A DNA stretch of 64,000 nt from Podarcis erhardii (Eukaryota), in assembly GCA_964252035.1 (NCBI GenBank), contig OZ176208.1; one strand, 5' to 3'. The position numbers and the translations under genes were made by a program. Each line of letters starts with the position of its first letter. Positions within the stretch are counted from its first letter, which is position 1. The notes under the pieces are model-generated. The model ran no database searches, was not told the origin of the DNA, and saw only the letters and a program-made list of their open reading frames with translations. This document shows positions 35,880 through 48,846 of the stretch, one piece after another.

Positions 35880-38145
35880 TTACTTTCTTCCACACACTTC
35901 TCACTGGAGGTTACTGTGGTGGTGGCCTTTGCACTTCCAATTCTGCCAGTCCCTGCTTCTGCTGACCTCTCATTCTACTGCCTCCCAAATTCATTCCACA
36001 AAAATCTGTTCCCCTTTGCATCTCATCTCTATCACCACCTGCCCCACTCTCAACTTTCCATTCAGACTCCGACAACTTCTGTACCTTCCTCCTGCGATTT
36101 CAAACTTAACATTCATTGCGTCTGTGACACAGCTGCTTCCCATCTCCTGTCCCTCATTCCTTCTATGTTTGCTTTGGGATGCATTCCCCAACATACGACT
36201 TTGGGCATTTTCTTGTTCTCATCTTCACTTGGAAATGCTCAGCTTGTGCCACAGAGTTCATCCAATCTGAGCAACACATTCTCTTCTTCAACATGCACAC
36301 TCTCTGCCTTCTGTATATTCTACTTCTTGCTCCATTTGTCACCTGCAGTCAAGTGGTGCAAGGCTTTCTTGGGAACATTGCCTACTTCTCTGCCATGTCT
36401 CCCTTATGCTCTTCAGGGGTTAAGTACAGTTCATCAACCAACTCTAGATTTGTTTGCCCCAGCTCTCTCAACTAACTACTGACCCCTCTAAATACCCCAG
36501 CCTTTAGCCAACATCCTCAAGTCAATCTCTTTGAGTCAAACAACACATAATGATGAATACATAGCCTAATGATATGTGGTCATTTTTAAAACAGTTGTTG
36601 CCAGGAGGAAAGGACAATACAGGCAGGATCTTACTGTGTAGGAGGAAGGTTAACCCTTCCCCCTTGCATTATGTTTCTGACATACATTGCATACCAGTTT
36701 ACTGTTTCTCACCAAACTAAGGGGAAAGTTTTGCTTGGACCAAAATGCAGGTGTAAAGGGTAGATCCACCTCACACACATGGTCCTGATTTACTCACGTA
36801 AATTAGAATTTCTGTTCATCACACAATCATGAACACAGTATCCAAAATGCACATCTTTCCTCTCATTTCCAGCTATTTTGCCTCTTAAACCTACTTCAAC
36901 CAATTTTTGCTTTCTCTTTGGTTGACTATTATGTTGTCCTTTATTACCTGCCCCATGATCCTGACTCCTGGGTGTCATATCTTTTTATCACAAATATCCT
37001 TCCACATATTAAATTTCTCCCCATCCTCTGGCTCTTTCCTTCTTGCATTTAAACATGCCTCTCTTTTTCACATTCATAAAAAAATAATCTGAGCTTTACT
37101 CTTTGCTTTCGAATCTCTGGACTGTGCCACATACTTCCCTGTCTTAAATTTCTCTCAATTCCTCTCTTAGTTCCCTGTCATCTGGCTTCTACCTCTTGAA
37201 CTCCACTGAAGCTACCCTCATCAAATCACTCCTCAATGCCAAATCCAAAAGGTCTCTATCTTCTTCCTCTTCTCATTGGTGCCTTTGTTGCCTCTAATAC
37301 AGTTCATTAATTTTTCGGCTTCGCTCCTTTTACGTACTCTGTTTCTATGGCTCTGTTCTTAGCTGATTTATTTCCTATCAGTCTAATTACTTGATCACTG
37401 TTTCCATAGGGAAAGTTCTTCTCTGCTGAACCTCCACAGGGAGTTATTCTCAGCCTTCTGCTATTTTCTCTAACTATACTGTCCCTTAGTGACTTCATTA
37501 AACTTTGTGGCTTTCAGTACACACTGATGACACCCAACTCTACCTCTCTGTCCAATAACTTCCCTTCTACATCCAATCCTTCATTTCCAACTGCTTTTTG
37601 GTTTCCCTGTTTTATGTTTCATTGTTGTCTCAATACATACAGGGCTGATCTTTCCTACTGAACCTTGCTGTCTTTCCACATGCTCCTTATCCATTGATAA
37701 GATTACTACCCACTTGTTGATCAGACACTTGCTGATCAGCTTTGAGTTTATCTTTAATTCCTCCATTCCATTTTATGCAATCTGTTAAGTCAAGTTGCTT
37801 CTCCTAGTACAACATTATGAAAATAGCCCCTCTGACTTTTGTGCAGCAGTTCATGCTCTAATCATCCCCTAACTTTAATTGCTACACTATTCTCTTCTCT
37901 AGCTTGCTGTTGTCACATTTAGCCCTCTCTCATCTCCATCCTCTATTTTGCTGCCAAAACCATTCATTGCTCAGGCTATAAAACCACCCTCCCTAAACAC
38001 CTGCACTGGCTGGCTCTTACATTAATCATCCTTATACTCTCTGCTACTGCTTCCATGTTGAACATTAGATTTGTTAGTTCCTCCTGGTAGAGATCTGTAT
38101 TTTGTTATCTTGTAAAGCACCATACACATTATGGCACAATAGCAT
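35880..38145 (+). mobile_element. Ancient, decayed L2 LINE (endonuclease + RT + 3' tail)
   Basis: Remnant peptides SGFYLLNSTEATLIK (37181), PPQGVILSLLLFSL (37431), TDDTQLYLS (37523) and HLHWL (37998) match L2 ORF2 motifs SGFRP.HSTETAL, VPQGSVLGPLLF, YADDTQLY and LHWLP; L2-like tail near 38070-38145. Confidence 0.75.
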
Positions 38146-41000
38146 AAAGGAAATTGACCAGATACTTGCAGAATAAGGGGCACATGAACCAATCTACTGA
38201 GTATGAAGAAAAGACTTTGAGATGACACAAGACCAATATCCGTTAGTAAAACCCTAATGGGATGAAGATACTGTACTCAGGATCACTTATTCTGCAAGAA
38301 GCCTCCAAATGTAAAAGTATTGAACAATGTAGCTTTCTTTATATCTCAAGATTGTGTATTCCCTTCTTGGTTCAGCTTTTTGATTTGGTTTATTCTTTTG
38401 GACGGTTCACTGCATCAGAAGAGCAAGACTAAGCAAATGCCTGGCTGCTCAATTCTGTTGTAATTCAATGCTTAATAAGGTCATCCAGATGGAGGGAGTC
38501 CCTAAAGGAAACAGGTTAAGCCACAGACCTGTTGGAAACAAGGAAAACACTAGGTACCCCCTTGATTTTGGGGACAATAGGATATAAATAAGTCATGAGA
38601 TTGCACTACTTCCCTGAGTTATAATCTAGACTGAATATCTTGGATAATCAGTGCTATATTGTAATAGTCACATGATACAGCCAAAGACTGAAGCCATTAT
38701 ATTAATATTGTTGAATCAATATATGTTTGCTTAGTCTATCACTTACAATGATTTTATCTTCTGGATTTAGTTCGGCCAAAGGCTATCTTTTGCTTTGTTT
38801 TTCGTTATTCCACCTTCAAAACCCCAGTGAAAATTAAGCTGCTCTTTGAATTGCTTATTATTATTTTTAAGAAACAAAGTATCAAAGAAGTGAGAAAGTG
38901 TGGAGAACTTCTCATGGATAGGTGCACAATTTTGTTGTTACTTTTAAGTTGGCCAAGGAATGTTTCTTAATGTTCTTTCAATCATTCTACAAATCATCTT
39001 GCTGGTACTCTGTCTGCCATTCTTCAACCTTCCTGTGTGTTTTCCTTTTCTGGAAACTCCTTAAATTCTCAGCTGGGCTCAGCTGTGTACCTGACAACTG
39101 CTCATTGTTATCGTTTTAAGTGAAGGCCTTTTACTTTTAAATAAATCAGTGTTGAGAGACATTAAAAGGTAAAAGGAAGGACTTCCATTAAAAAGCAAAA
39201 TCAGCAAGTGCACCATGCTCAGGAATTCAGTATCCAGCCTCCCTTTCCCCCCACACTTCATTTAAAGTTCAGTAGAAAATGCTGTGAGGTAATTCCTCCT
39301 ATGGATCAAAAATCCCAGGCAGACAGAGACTGCGGAGTGCTAATAAATATTTAAAGTATAGAGAAATGTACACCCAACCCATGGACACCTTGCAGCAATA
39401 AAGTAAATTCTAAACCCTGTGCTCACCAAAAATTTCAAAAGAAATGCAAAAGTGTCCTGAGAATGGGGGAGGTGTACCTCTTTTCACAGGGTTTTTTGTG
39501 TGTGAAACTGGAAGGCAGCATTTGGCTAATATGCCTTTGTCTGCATTTTCCAGTAAGCAACTAGGACAGGTGATCCCAAAGGATGTGATATGCACTAATT
39601 ATTTGATTCATTTTAAGGTTCACCAGTAAAAAACACATTGGCCCTAAAAATACAGTGTTTTGCTTCCAGGAATCCCATTTGCTTCACACTCTATTTGGGC
39701 TAGTTTCCTGTTGCTGGGAGTTAGCTAGTATAGGGAAGGTTTGATCTGATTTAGAACATATTTTTCACTGGACACCAAACTTACCACTTGACAATTATCA
39801 GTTCAAGGGAGTTGACCGGCAAACTGGCCCAATGATTTCCAAAACTTTAAACTAACCTACAGATTGCTTGAAGCACCCCACAGGCACAATATGTCTAGGT
39901 GCAGATCTGCAAAGGCAGAGGAGGGAAACCCTGCTTTTTCAGGTTTTGCAGGGGCTTCACTTGAGCTTCAGGAAGTACCAGCATCACTCTCTCTGCATAC
40001 CATGGGGAGGGGAAAGCCGCTTTGCAAGACCTGAACACAGGTTTTCCTCATCTGGTGTGGGGAAGCAGGGGGGAGGAAGAAGCCTATTTTACAAGCACCA
40101 TTAAACTCAAGAGATGCCTGTTTCACAGCAGATCAGAAAACAGCAGGGAAAACCCTGTTTTTTAATTCCACTGTGAAAAGGGGTTCTCTTGAAGACACAT
40201 TGCTTGTAAAATACCAGCATTTGTCTCTCCAGCCCCTGAAATGGCTTAAAGCGGCAAAGTGCTGTTAGAACCAGCCACCTGCCTCTGTCTAAAGGGAGCA
40301 TGAGGGCTGGCTTAAAGCGGCAAAGTGTCATTTGACCCAGTCTCTCCCATTCTTTAAAGAGCTGTTTTAAACAGCATTTTGCTCTGCTTCTTTCAGCAAG
40401 AGGAAGACAGCAGTGGTACCCTCTCCCCCTCATCCTTAAATAAGAAGGGAAGGGGTTCTAAACCCTGTCCTCTTGCCCAACAGTTGGTACCACCAGCAAC
40501 ATCAGCTGATGGGTGGGTGTAGCTTGGGAAATATGGAACCCCTTAAGTGGTCTAGGGGCTGGCAGTTCCATACCCCTTCTCTACATTATAGTTCTTCTGT
40601 AAGACTAGAGCAAACAATCTTAACACAATCATCATTACCATTCAAGATCACATCTTTGTATTCCAATCAATACAAAAGCAGAAGGATCAAACTGAGCTGC
40701 AAACTACGTATCTATAATCTGACCCTTACCTTCTCACAATATTTGTTTTATTGTGGGACAATCAATCCCAACCTCTAGTAATTACATCCTTCATTTATTC
40801 TGAATTCAAACTTTTTTTTCCTTAGGCATTTCTTAATATACAATTTAAGACATAATCATAAAATGAACTTGCAGAAATGCCCCACCACCATCACCAACAG
40901 CTGTTTACTTTGTTCTTCGTGACAATGTTTTGGACTCTGAAAGTATTATGAACCATATCCCTAAATCTACTAATTATTTCCCATTACCTTACATACTAGA

Positions 41001-41160
41001 AACATAGGAAGCTGCCTTATACCGGCTCAGACCATTAGTCCATCTAGCTCACTACTGTCTATGCTGATTGGCAGTGGCTGTCCAGAGTTTCATACAGGAG
41101 TCTTCCCCAGCCGTATAAGGAATGCCCAGGATTGAACCTAGGATCACTAGCACAACCCTT
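41001..41160 (-). mobile_element. Squam3-like SINE, partial
   Basis: aacataggaagctgccttatac...cccaggattgaacctagg, reverse complement of the family seen at 12211. Confidence 0.75.
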
Positions 41161-41981
41161 CTCAAGCTGTGTGTAATGTGCTTACATTGAAACATGTTTA
41201 GTCCCAGGCTAGGCTCTTCCTATTCTACTTCACTTTCTAATCTGAGTTTTAATTATTTTAACCTACTGTTTCATTTATTTGTTTATTTGTTTATTTCATG
41301 TCCGCTCTTGCCCTGATTTTGTGTTATAAACTGCACTGGGAACTATTTGGTTGAAGGGCACCTGTTATGTTAAATATGTTAAATAAACCAGCCAACAAAA
41401 AAAGTGGAACAAATAGTAAGATGTCACTTGTAGAAGGTTAGCTATTTCATGTGCATGCATGAGCAAACTGATTGCGCTGTTCAAAAGTAAAGACCCTTTT
41501 GTAAGAAACAAGTTTTATTTATGAGATCTGGATAATTTGCCTTCCACTTAAATGGATAGCAACCCATTGTGAAATTGCTATGACTGCACTGAAATAACAA
41601 AGCATGATGTTCCCATCATTATCTTCATATTATCCAGATTTCTACGAAATTACTAATTACCCAGAGTAAACAAGGTCTTTCTCCATTAAGCATGTAGGAA
41701 AGTGTGTATCTCAATCAGTAGGGCTATAAAGCGGCATTTGCCTCCAAAGGTTCTAACTGGCATTTGCAAATGAATCTGTTTTCTATAAAAAAAAACAAAA
41801 ACAAAAAAACATGAACACAGAATAGGGAAAGGAGATGGGTGGGCGTGGGTATAAGATTCTGTAGACTATGAAACTAACCACTACAATTTAACCGAATTCT
41901 CCCAATCTTCATGTAGTCATTTTGCCGGTTGCCATTTTTACAATACTGACTTAGCTCAATTACAACTGTTCACTATCATAC

Positions 41982-42113
41982 CTGGTAGATATCAGACAGG
42001 CTGCTGCTTCCAGAGTCGCTAGTGATACTACATCCTGAATGACTAGATGAAACGTGGGTCACCTGTGGGTGGAGACTGTCAGTAAGGTGCAGTTTTGTGA
42101 AATCTGCAGGAAG
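41982..42113 (-). CDS. RAPGEF2: Exon [10 protein letters not shown]...SSLSDIYQ (132 nt)
   Basis: Acceptor tctacag, donor CAG|gtatga, phase 0-0; absent from the ORF track, read manually. Confidence 0.96.
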
Positions 42114-43859
42114 CTGTAGACAGAAACAGAAAAGGCATAATTAAATTGTGTACCTAGACATTCACTTCATAAACATTTGAATGATTAGCAGTACTCGTCA
42201 GTACTAAAACCATACAAAATTCATTAAGCAAATCCTTAAGGACAGAAGGGTTGAGAGGGTGTTTCAAATGTATGCTTTGTAAATATGTGACAAGCATTGA
42301 CATTACTATGGCTGTTGCTGTAAATGTAAGAATGGAATATGACTTGCTAAGAGCAAACCTTTTAGTGAGCATTTACTCATGATTCCCACTGGAATCATGT
42401 GAACGGTCTCAAAGGAATCAGTGGGAGTTACCATGACTATATTTAGGATGGCAGTCACTGGCTTTTGTGAGATGAACACCTGTTAATGCACAAATACTTG
42501 TGCCAAGTAGGGTTGAGGGAGCAATGCTTAAATATTGGAATATGTTTCAAACTTGTTTGATTCAGTTTTTAGAAACTAATGAGAAGTAGGAAAATATAAC
42601 TTAATTTGTGAGGCAGAAATGCAAAACTATAGCTATGTATCATGCAACACGTAAGCGACTGAAATTGTGTTAAACAAAGAAAGCTCTGAAATTTCTATAG
42701 TCTGGTTTTTTTTAAAAAAAAACCCATGATGCTCATGGCTAGCATAACCTCTCAACTGCTATGTTGTTGTTGTTTAAACACAGGTTGGTTGACAACATAA
42801 AATACTTTGGGGGGGGGGTTGTACTACTTTTTTCTAAGCAGTAATCTGAAGTAACAAATAAATAGTAAAATTATTTATCTCTCTAACCCTTAATTGTTCA
42901 TTCAGAACCTATGTTGGTCAACTACAGTCACCATTCATTTTATGCTTCTCCCATAGTTCACAAATTTCCAGAGGAACCCCTGTGATGCATGCATACTTAA
43001 TAAGAATTTGGAGGTAGTTTCCCAAGCTTTAGACATCCTTACCACACTCCAGACCCTCTCATTCAATTAGAATGAAAGTGGATAGGGGAGTGCATGGGAC
43101 AGGAATGATAAACCTGCCTTTGCTATCTGCTCTAGCTACTTTCTTTGTTTCCAGTTCCCCTATAGGAAATGAACCAGCAGAAGTTGGAGCTCAGCTAGAT
43201 TAGTCTCTATCTGGTTGCCCTCTACCCAAACTACAGCTTTTAAAGAAGTTACAAGACACTACTGAAAAGCATGGCTCCAAAGAGCCACACAGTCCTCTTT
43301 AAATATTTCCACAGCTGTGCCTGAAACCATTCAGCTGATATTGACAGTGGGAGGTTATGGGAGAAGCTACTACTTGTCAGCTAAGCACAGTAATAAGATC
43401 ATTCCAAAGCACTTCCCCACTACTAGATTCTACTTTCGAAATGCAGAGCCTACATAAGATCACCATTTCTACTGTAGAGAGCAACATGTCCCTACATCAC
43501 CTAATAAGAACACTTATACAATCTTGCACAACTCTAAACCTAATCTACCCTGCCTAGTTTTTCACTTAAGAATCTTATTATATTGTTTAACTAAATCATT
43601 GCACACACAAAATAACATCCATTAGTACAATGGAACTTTCCTTCTCCTACTCACCCTGCCCCCTCAAACATGCCCCCAGAGCAGATTTTGGGGTAGCGCT
43701 GGGTACAGGCGGTAAGTGAAAAGGAATGGAAAATTATGTTGCCTTTGCAGAAGTCATTCCACACATACACAGTAATTTAGTTGGATACAACTCTAAATAT
43801 CTGCATATTAGTTTAATATAAAAACCCCACTCCTTGAACTGCTCATATGTAGACCTAAG

Positions 43860-44152
43860 ACAAACCATGGCTAAGTGCAAACATGTGGGTTCCTCAAGAG
43901 GAGATTATGGCCACTTTGGTCTTGCTTTGGCCCTGCTGCACTGCAGCAAATTAATTCATGGCTTGGCTTCATGCTGCAAACAAGGTTTGTTCTTGGTTTA
44001 TAACTCGTTGCTTGTCTGGAGAAAACAAACCACAAGCCATGGTTTAAATGAACACACTTGATAAATTCACAGCAGTGCAGCAGGACCAGATAAGGAGCAA
44101 ATTAGCTACAATCTCCTCTCTGGGAGGCTGAACACACAAAGCCATGGTTTGG
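43860..44152. mobile_element. Imperfect palindromic MITE-like element (~290 bp)
   Basis: Nested inverted matches: caaaccatggct/agccatggtttg, gaggagatt/aatctcctc, cctgctgcactgc/gcagtgcagcagg. Confidence 0.6.
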
Positions 44153-44155
44153 CGT

Positions 44156-44192
<37 letters not shown>
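44156..44192. repeat. Compound (CA)n(GA)n microsatellite
   Basis: Read directly. Confidence 0.95.
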
Positions 44193-44275
44193 ATGAATAT
44201 AAGGCTTCACAGGTCAAAACATTTACAGAATACCATCACCATGTATAGAGAATACTACAATGTAGAGTTATGATT

Positions 44276-44278
<3 letters not shown>

Positions 44279-44320
<42 letters not shown>

Positions 44321-44328
44321 ACGCGCGC
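44279..44328. repeat. (GT)20 followed by gcacgcgcgc; alternating purine-pyrimidine tract
   Basis: Read directly. Confidence 0.95.
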
Positions 44329-44679
44329 AGGGTGGCCACACCTCCAGTTGGTTTGTAGGCCCCAGAAAGTTGGCAAAGGTGGAATTAGCCCTACCCTCAA
44401 AAAAGGCTAGCCACCCTTGCTCTACAAATGTTTTTCTTTTTCTGGTATTCAGGACTGCTCTTTTGTATCAAAGCCAGATTCCAAAAACTAAAGCAGAATT
44501 ACATGGTGCTGTTAAACACTGATCTAGGAAGCACCATTTTGTACTAATTAAAACTAGCATACTGATGAAGAGTATGATCCAAGAGTCATTTATGGGGTAG
44601 GGAAAATGGGGAAAATAACAGAATACAGAAGTGTTTGTTAAAAGTAGCCTAGAGAATATGGATGCAGAAATGTGAATTC

Positions 44680-44738
44680 ATGATTGTCACTATAGTTCAC
44701 AGTTAAGTACAGTAACTGTGAACTATAGTGACAATCAT
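44680..44738. repeat. Perfect 26-bp inverted repeat with 7-nt loop
   Basis: atgattgtcactatagttcacagtta / taactgtgaactatagtgacaatcat. Confidence 0.97.
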
Positions 44739-47700
44739 AGTTTTATTCCACCAAAAAGTAGAATAGTCAGTTACAATTCTAAAGTGATTGTGATTAAATA
44801 TTTAGGAAAACAAATTATGACCCATTCTAAAGCAGCAATTTCTCAATGTTAAAGCTCATCAGTATTTCAGTAGGAAATTGTAAGGAATAACTGGGTATCT
44901 TACTTAAGGAAAGTATGAAAGGGCCATTGAAATGCTCTGTTAGTCATCATTTCTGAGTGACCTTATAAAGAATCATAACAATGGCTGACCCAGATTAACA
45001 AAGTCCAAAGACAAAGGCATTTCAAGGTCCTATGGTAAATTATTAAAAAAGATTTTCTATATTGTTTCAATTCTACAAAGCCAACATAAATACATTTTTA
45101 AAGTGTACTGTTCTGGAATCTTGACTATACCACAGGGTTGTCATACACTATTCCCTCTCATGCCCTTTCCAGCAATATGATTGTAACACTGAGCTACTTT
45201 GCAGAGTGGAGGTAACTCACACATTTGCAGCCACATCACCCCCTATAATATGATACAATATTGGACTTCGTTGTGCAGGCCATTTTTTTCAATCTGCCTT
45301 TGCTGCTAACCATTTTGTTTTGGGGTGCCCAGTTACATCACTAGAATCCTTTGTATTGTGAGGATAACATGGTGAGGGAGAAAATTATGTATGCCTCATT
45401 GAGATCACTGGAGTAAAGCTGGGATATAAACTGAATAAAGAAAATTAACAAATGTACTTCACCCATCCACCCCCAGTCCATTTCCCAACAAACTCTCTTT
45501 GCCTGTTACTCTCACTCAGCAATCTATTAAACTCCCAGGCTTCTCTCAAAACAGTTTAGTAATGAGTATGTGAAGGACACCCTTCTGAATTCCTGTTGCC
45601 TAACATTAGCCATAAAAATGCATTTTAAACAAAGATTACAAATATTTTATGCAACTCATGGGTAATAATGACACTTACTAGACATTCCTCTTGACCTAAC
45701 ACAACAAACTATTTCCCCAAAGTCACAGTACAGATATATTTTCCCCTAAACAACCCCAGCAAAGTCTGTAGAAGAAAAACACACATATCTTGCCAACTTT
45801 TGAGCATCAAAAGTCAAGTGGTTAACAAAATCAGAACAGTTTCTTATCCTTTCTATCCCCAAATCAGCATGAACCATCCTCAAGCTTACCTTTCCCATGA
45901 TGCCAAGTTTCAAATCAATCCATTGAACTATTTTCTAACTGTACTGTCTTCCCTCCCCCCAAAAAATTATCATTATAATGGCAAGATTCAATATAGCTGG
46001 CTCACACTTAACATAGAGTTAATACCGTGGCCCTATAAATCCTGACAAGTGATGGTTAACACTTCATGCATCTGTTTTTAAAAAAATCTTCTGTAATTTA
46101 TTTTTTTTTTATTTATAATTACATCCTCTCAAGAATATAACTAGAAATGCAAAAATGAGGGAGAGGCAGATTTTAAAACAGAGGGAAAGAAGAAATGAAA
46201 TAAAATTACAGACCAAGTAATAATACAAAGGCTTTGCACAATGTACTACAGTAAGCAACATTAGGCACAAGGTTGTCATAACAATACTGTAATTCAAACA
46301 GTAATAATAATATAATTATATTTTCTTGTTCTTCCAGGTGTGAGGGAGTGTTATCCAATACCTCTTTACTCAGGAAACAATATTACCACATTCAAAGATA
46401 TACAAAGGCTGGGAGTTATCTCTTATTAGCAAAATCAACAAAGTCATGTATCAATTGAAATGGACTGCAGCCCACAAAAGTACACTGTCATAAAAGCATA
46501 CTGGTCTTTATTGGTTTTGCAGCCTCTTTTTTCTTTCTGCTCCTATAGACCAACACAGTGACCTGTCTCAAAGTTGTTCATACAGAAATGCCAACATGCA
46601 TTCAGCACTCTTGCTACCAAAATGTTTTCCCCTCAAATAGCTACACTGGCATTCTGTCTATCCTTACCTTCAAGTTCCCTTCATAGCCTTGCCTCCCATA
46701 TCTCACATTTCTAATATTCCAATACATCCCTCCCCATGATATTCTCTCAAGCTCCACCAAAATCCAAAGATCTCCTGCTCCTTCAGTGGCAACCTCCTCT
46801 CCTTGCTGAACTGTATGTTTGGAATTTCCTTCAATCGTACCAGCATGATGTCAGCTCTCTGACTTCATAAAAACAACATATGAGGACACCTCATTAGTTA
46901 CTCCTGTCCTAACTATAGATCAGCCTGTAAGGAAGCCTAAGCACATGTGACCAAAATAATCACATAATGCTTCCCTATTAATTTCTGGAATAATTGAACA
47001 CTGCCAGTTGAACAATAAAATCTAGGTTAAAAACAAGGTTTGCAGTTATTCATCTTATACACTTCTTATTTCAAGGCAATTCATTTTCTTTCCTAACCAA
47101 GTGAAACATTGGAGGAAATATTAGTTGTATGGTTCAGTGATTTACAGGGCGGCAGTCAATATACCTAATTACAGAATAATGAACTGATTTCTATTGATTT
47201 CATTTATAGACATGATGCACAAGGACATGCCCAACATAGTGTTAAATCTAACAGACAGTTTACACTGGAATGTAACTAATTAATGCTTTATGTTTGTATA
47301 GTTTTAGACAGCATGGAGTAGTTACTATAATTCCACATATATACACTTCCACATCTACTCTACAAACAAACTGTGGGGAAATATGCTACCCATAAAGATC
47401 AGTGGACACACTAACTAAACTGCTCATTTACATAATAAGTATTATTTCATAGTTTTTGTTCATATATTACAGAAATAAGGGTAATTTCCAACAACAACTT
47501 CATGGGTCAAGGAAAAACTAAGTTACAAGTCAGGTGTGTGTGCGCGCGCATGCACGCACACACACATTCAAGATTCATAATATATCTGGAAATAGGCAAC
47601 TTAAGACAACAAATCTAGATGATTTGTTAGAATAAAAAATGATCTCAGATACAAAGTATTACAACAACTGCATTAGTATCAATTGTTGGTGCCCTATGTG

Positions 47701-48732
47701 AAATAAGTTAGCAGGGACTAAAACTTTTCCTGTACTTACTCCAACTTTACAGAACAATCTTCTAAAGTGCCTGATGAAATCAAGGAGTACCTGTTGCTAT
47801 AGCTGCTTTGACGCTAAACAAGTATGGTTTGATTGATGCTAGGCTGGAAAACAACAGGAAGCCACATTTAAGTTGTTCCAAGCTTCCAAAAGAAGACTAG
47901 AACCCGTGTAAAGTAAATAGCATGATTGTCAGGCTATGGCTGTCAAATAAAATGGCTAATTTTGGGTCTTGACCTCACTGGCTAAAAAGACCTTTATTCT
48001 TGTCATTGTACCCTTTACTGGCACCACCACTTGCTTCATACAACTGATTGCCTATGCTAAATGGAACCTATTAATTTTTCAACATATAAGATGCTAAGCA
48101 AACATAAAAACCATAGGAACCATAGAATTCTCCTATCAACTACTTCTAGGGTATTAGAGGAGTTCTTATACTCAAGTGCACATGTTCAGCTACAATCAAA
48201 TGGAGTTAAGCAGCTCCCAACCTCTGTGCTGGATTATTGCATCTGAGTTTGTGTATAGTAATCTGTTTCTTGTGATTTATTATTCACTGGTTTCCAATTA
48301 ATCATCTCCCTGGAATCCTGAGATCAAGCAATTGTCTCTATGTATTACAGTATTGTAAAAAATTCCTTATTGGCCAGGTATTATAAAGTCATATTTTACA
48401 GTGGGAAACATAAAGATAAATGTTATGAACCACATCTCAAAAAGTCATTAACAGAGCTTTTTTGAGATCCTCCAATGCCTTTACAAAGAGAAAGTGACGA
48501 CGTGAGCAGGTATCATAGCATTCTAAAAAGCGACAGGTGATGTTTGAAAAATGAGGTGGAAGCAGTATAATCAGATCTGCTGGGAAAGGGAGTTCCTGGC
48601 CGAAGCTGCTGGACCGTGAAAAGGCATTAAAAAGCTCCAACTGGTATCCCATCGAGTTATTCTATGCAATCTACAGAGGTATTAACAATTAAAATCTTAA
48701 ATAAATAAGGAGCAACTACAAGGGAAAGCTAA

Positions 48733-48846
48733 GGGTGGTATTCAACCAAGTTTTACTCAAACCCATTGAAGTTAATGGACCTAACTTAGTTATGTTCATT
48801 AATTTCAATGGGTTTCATCTGAGTAAAACTTAGTTCAATACCACCC
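48733..48846. mobile_element. PIF/Harbinger-like palindromic MITE (114 bp)
   Basis: GGG...CCC ends, 25/27 terminal inverted match, TAA on both sides (48730-48732, 48847-48849). Confidence 0.8.

Noticed and set aside
35859-36482. 207-aa ORF as a possible gene
   Set aside because: It lies in the pyrimidine-rich decayed L2 relic, and its composition explains the lack of stops.
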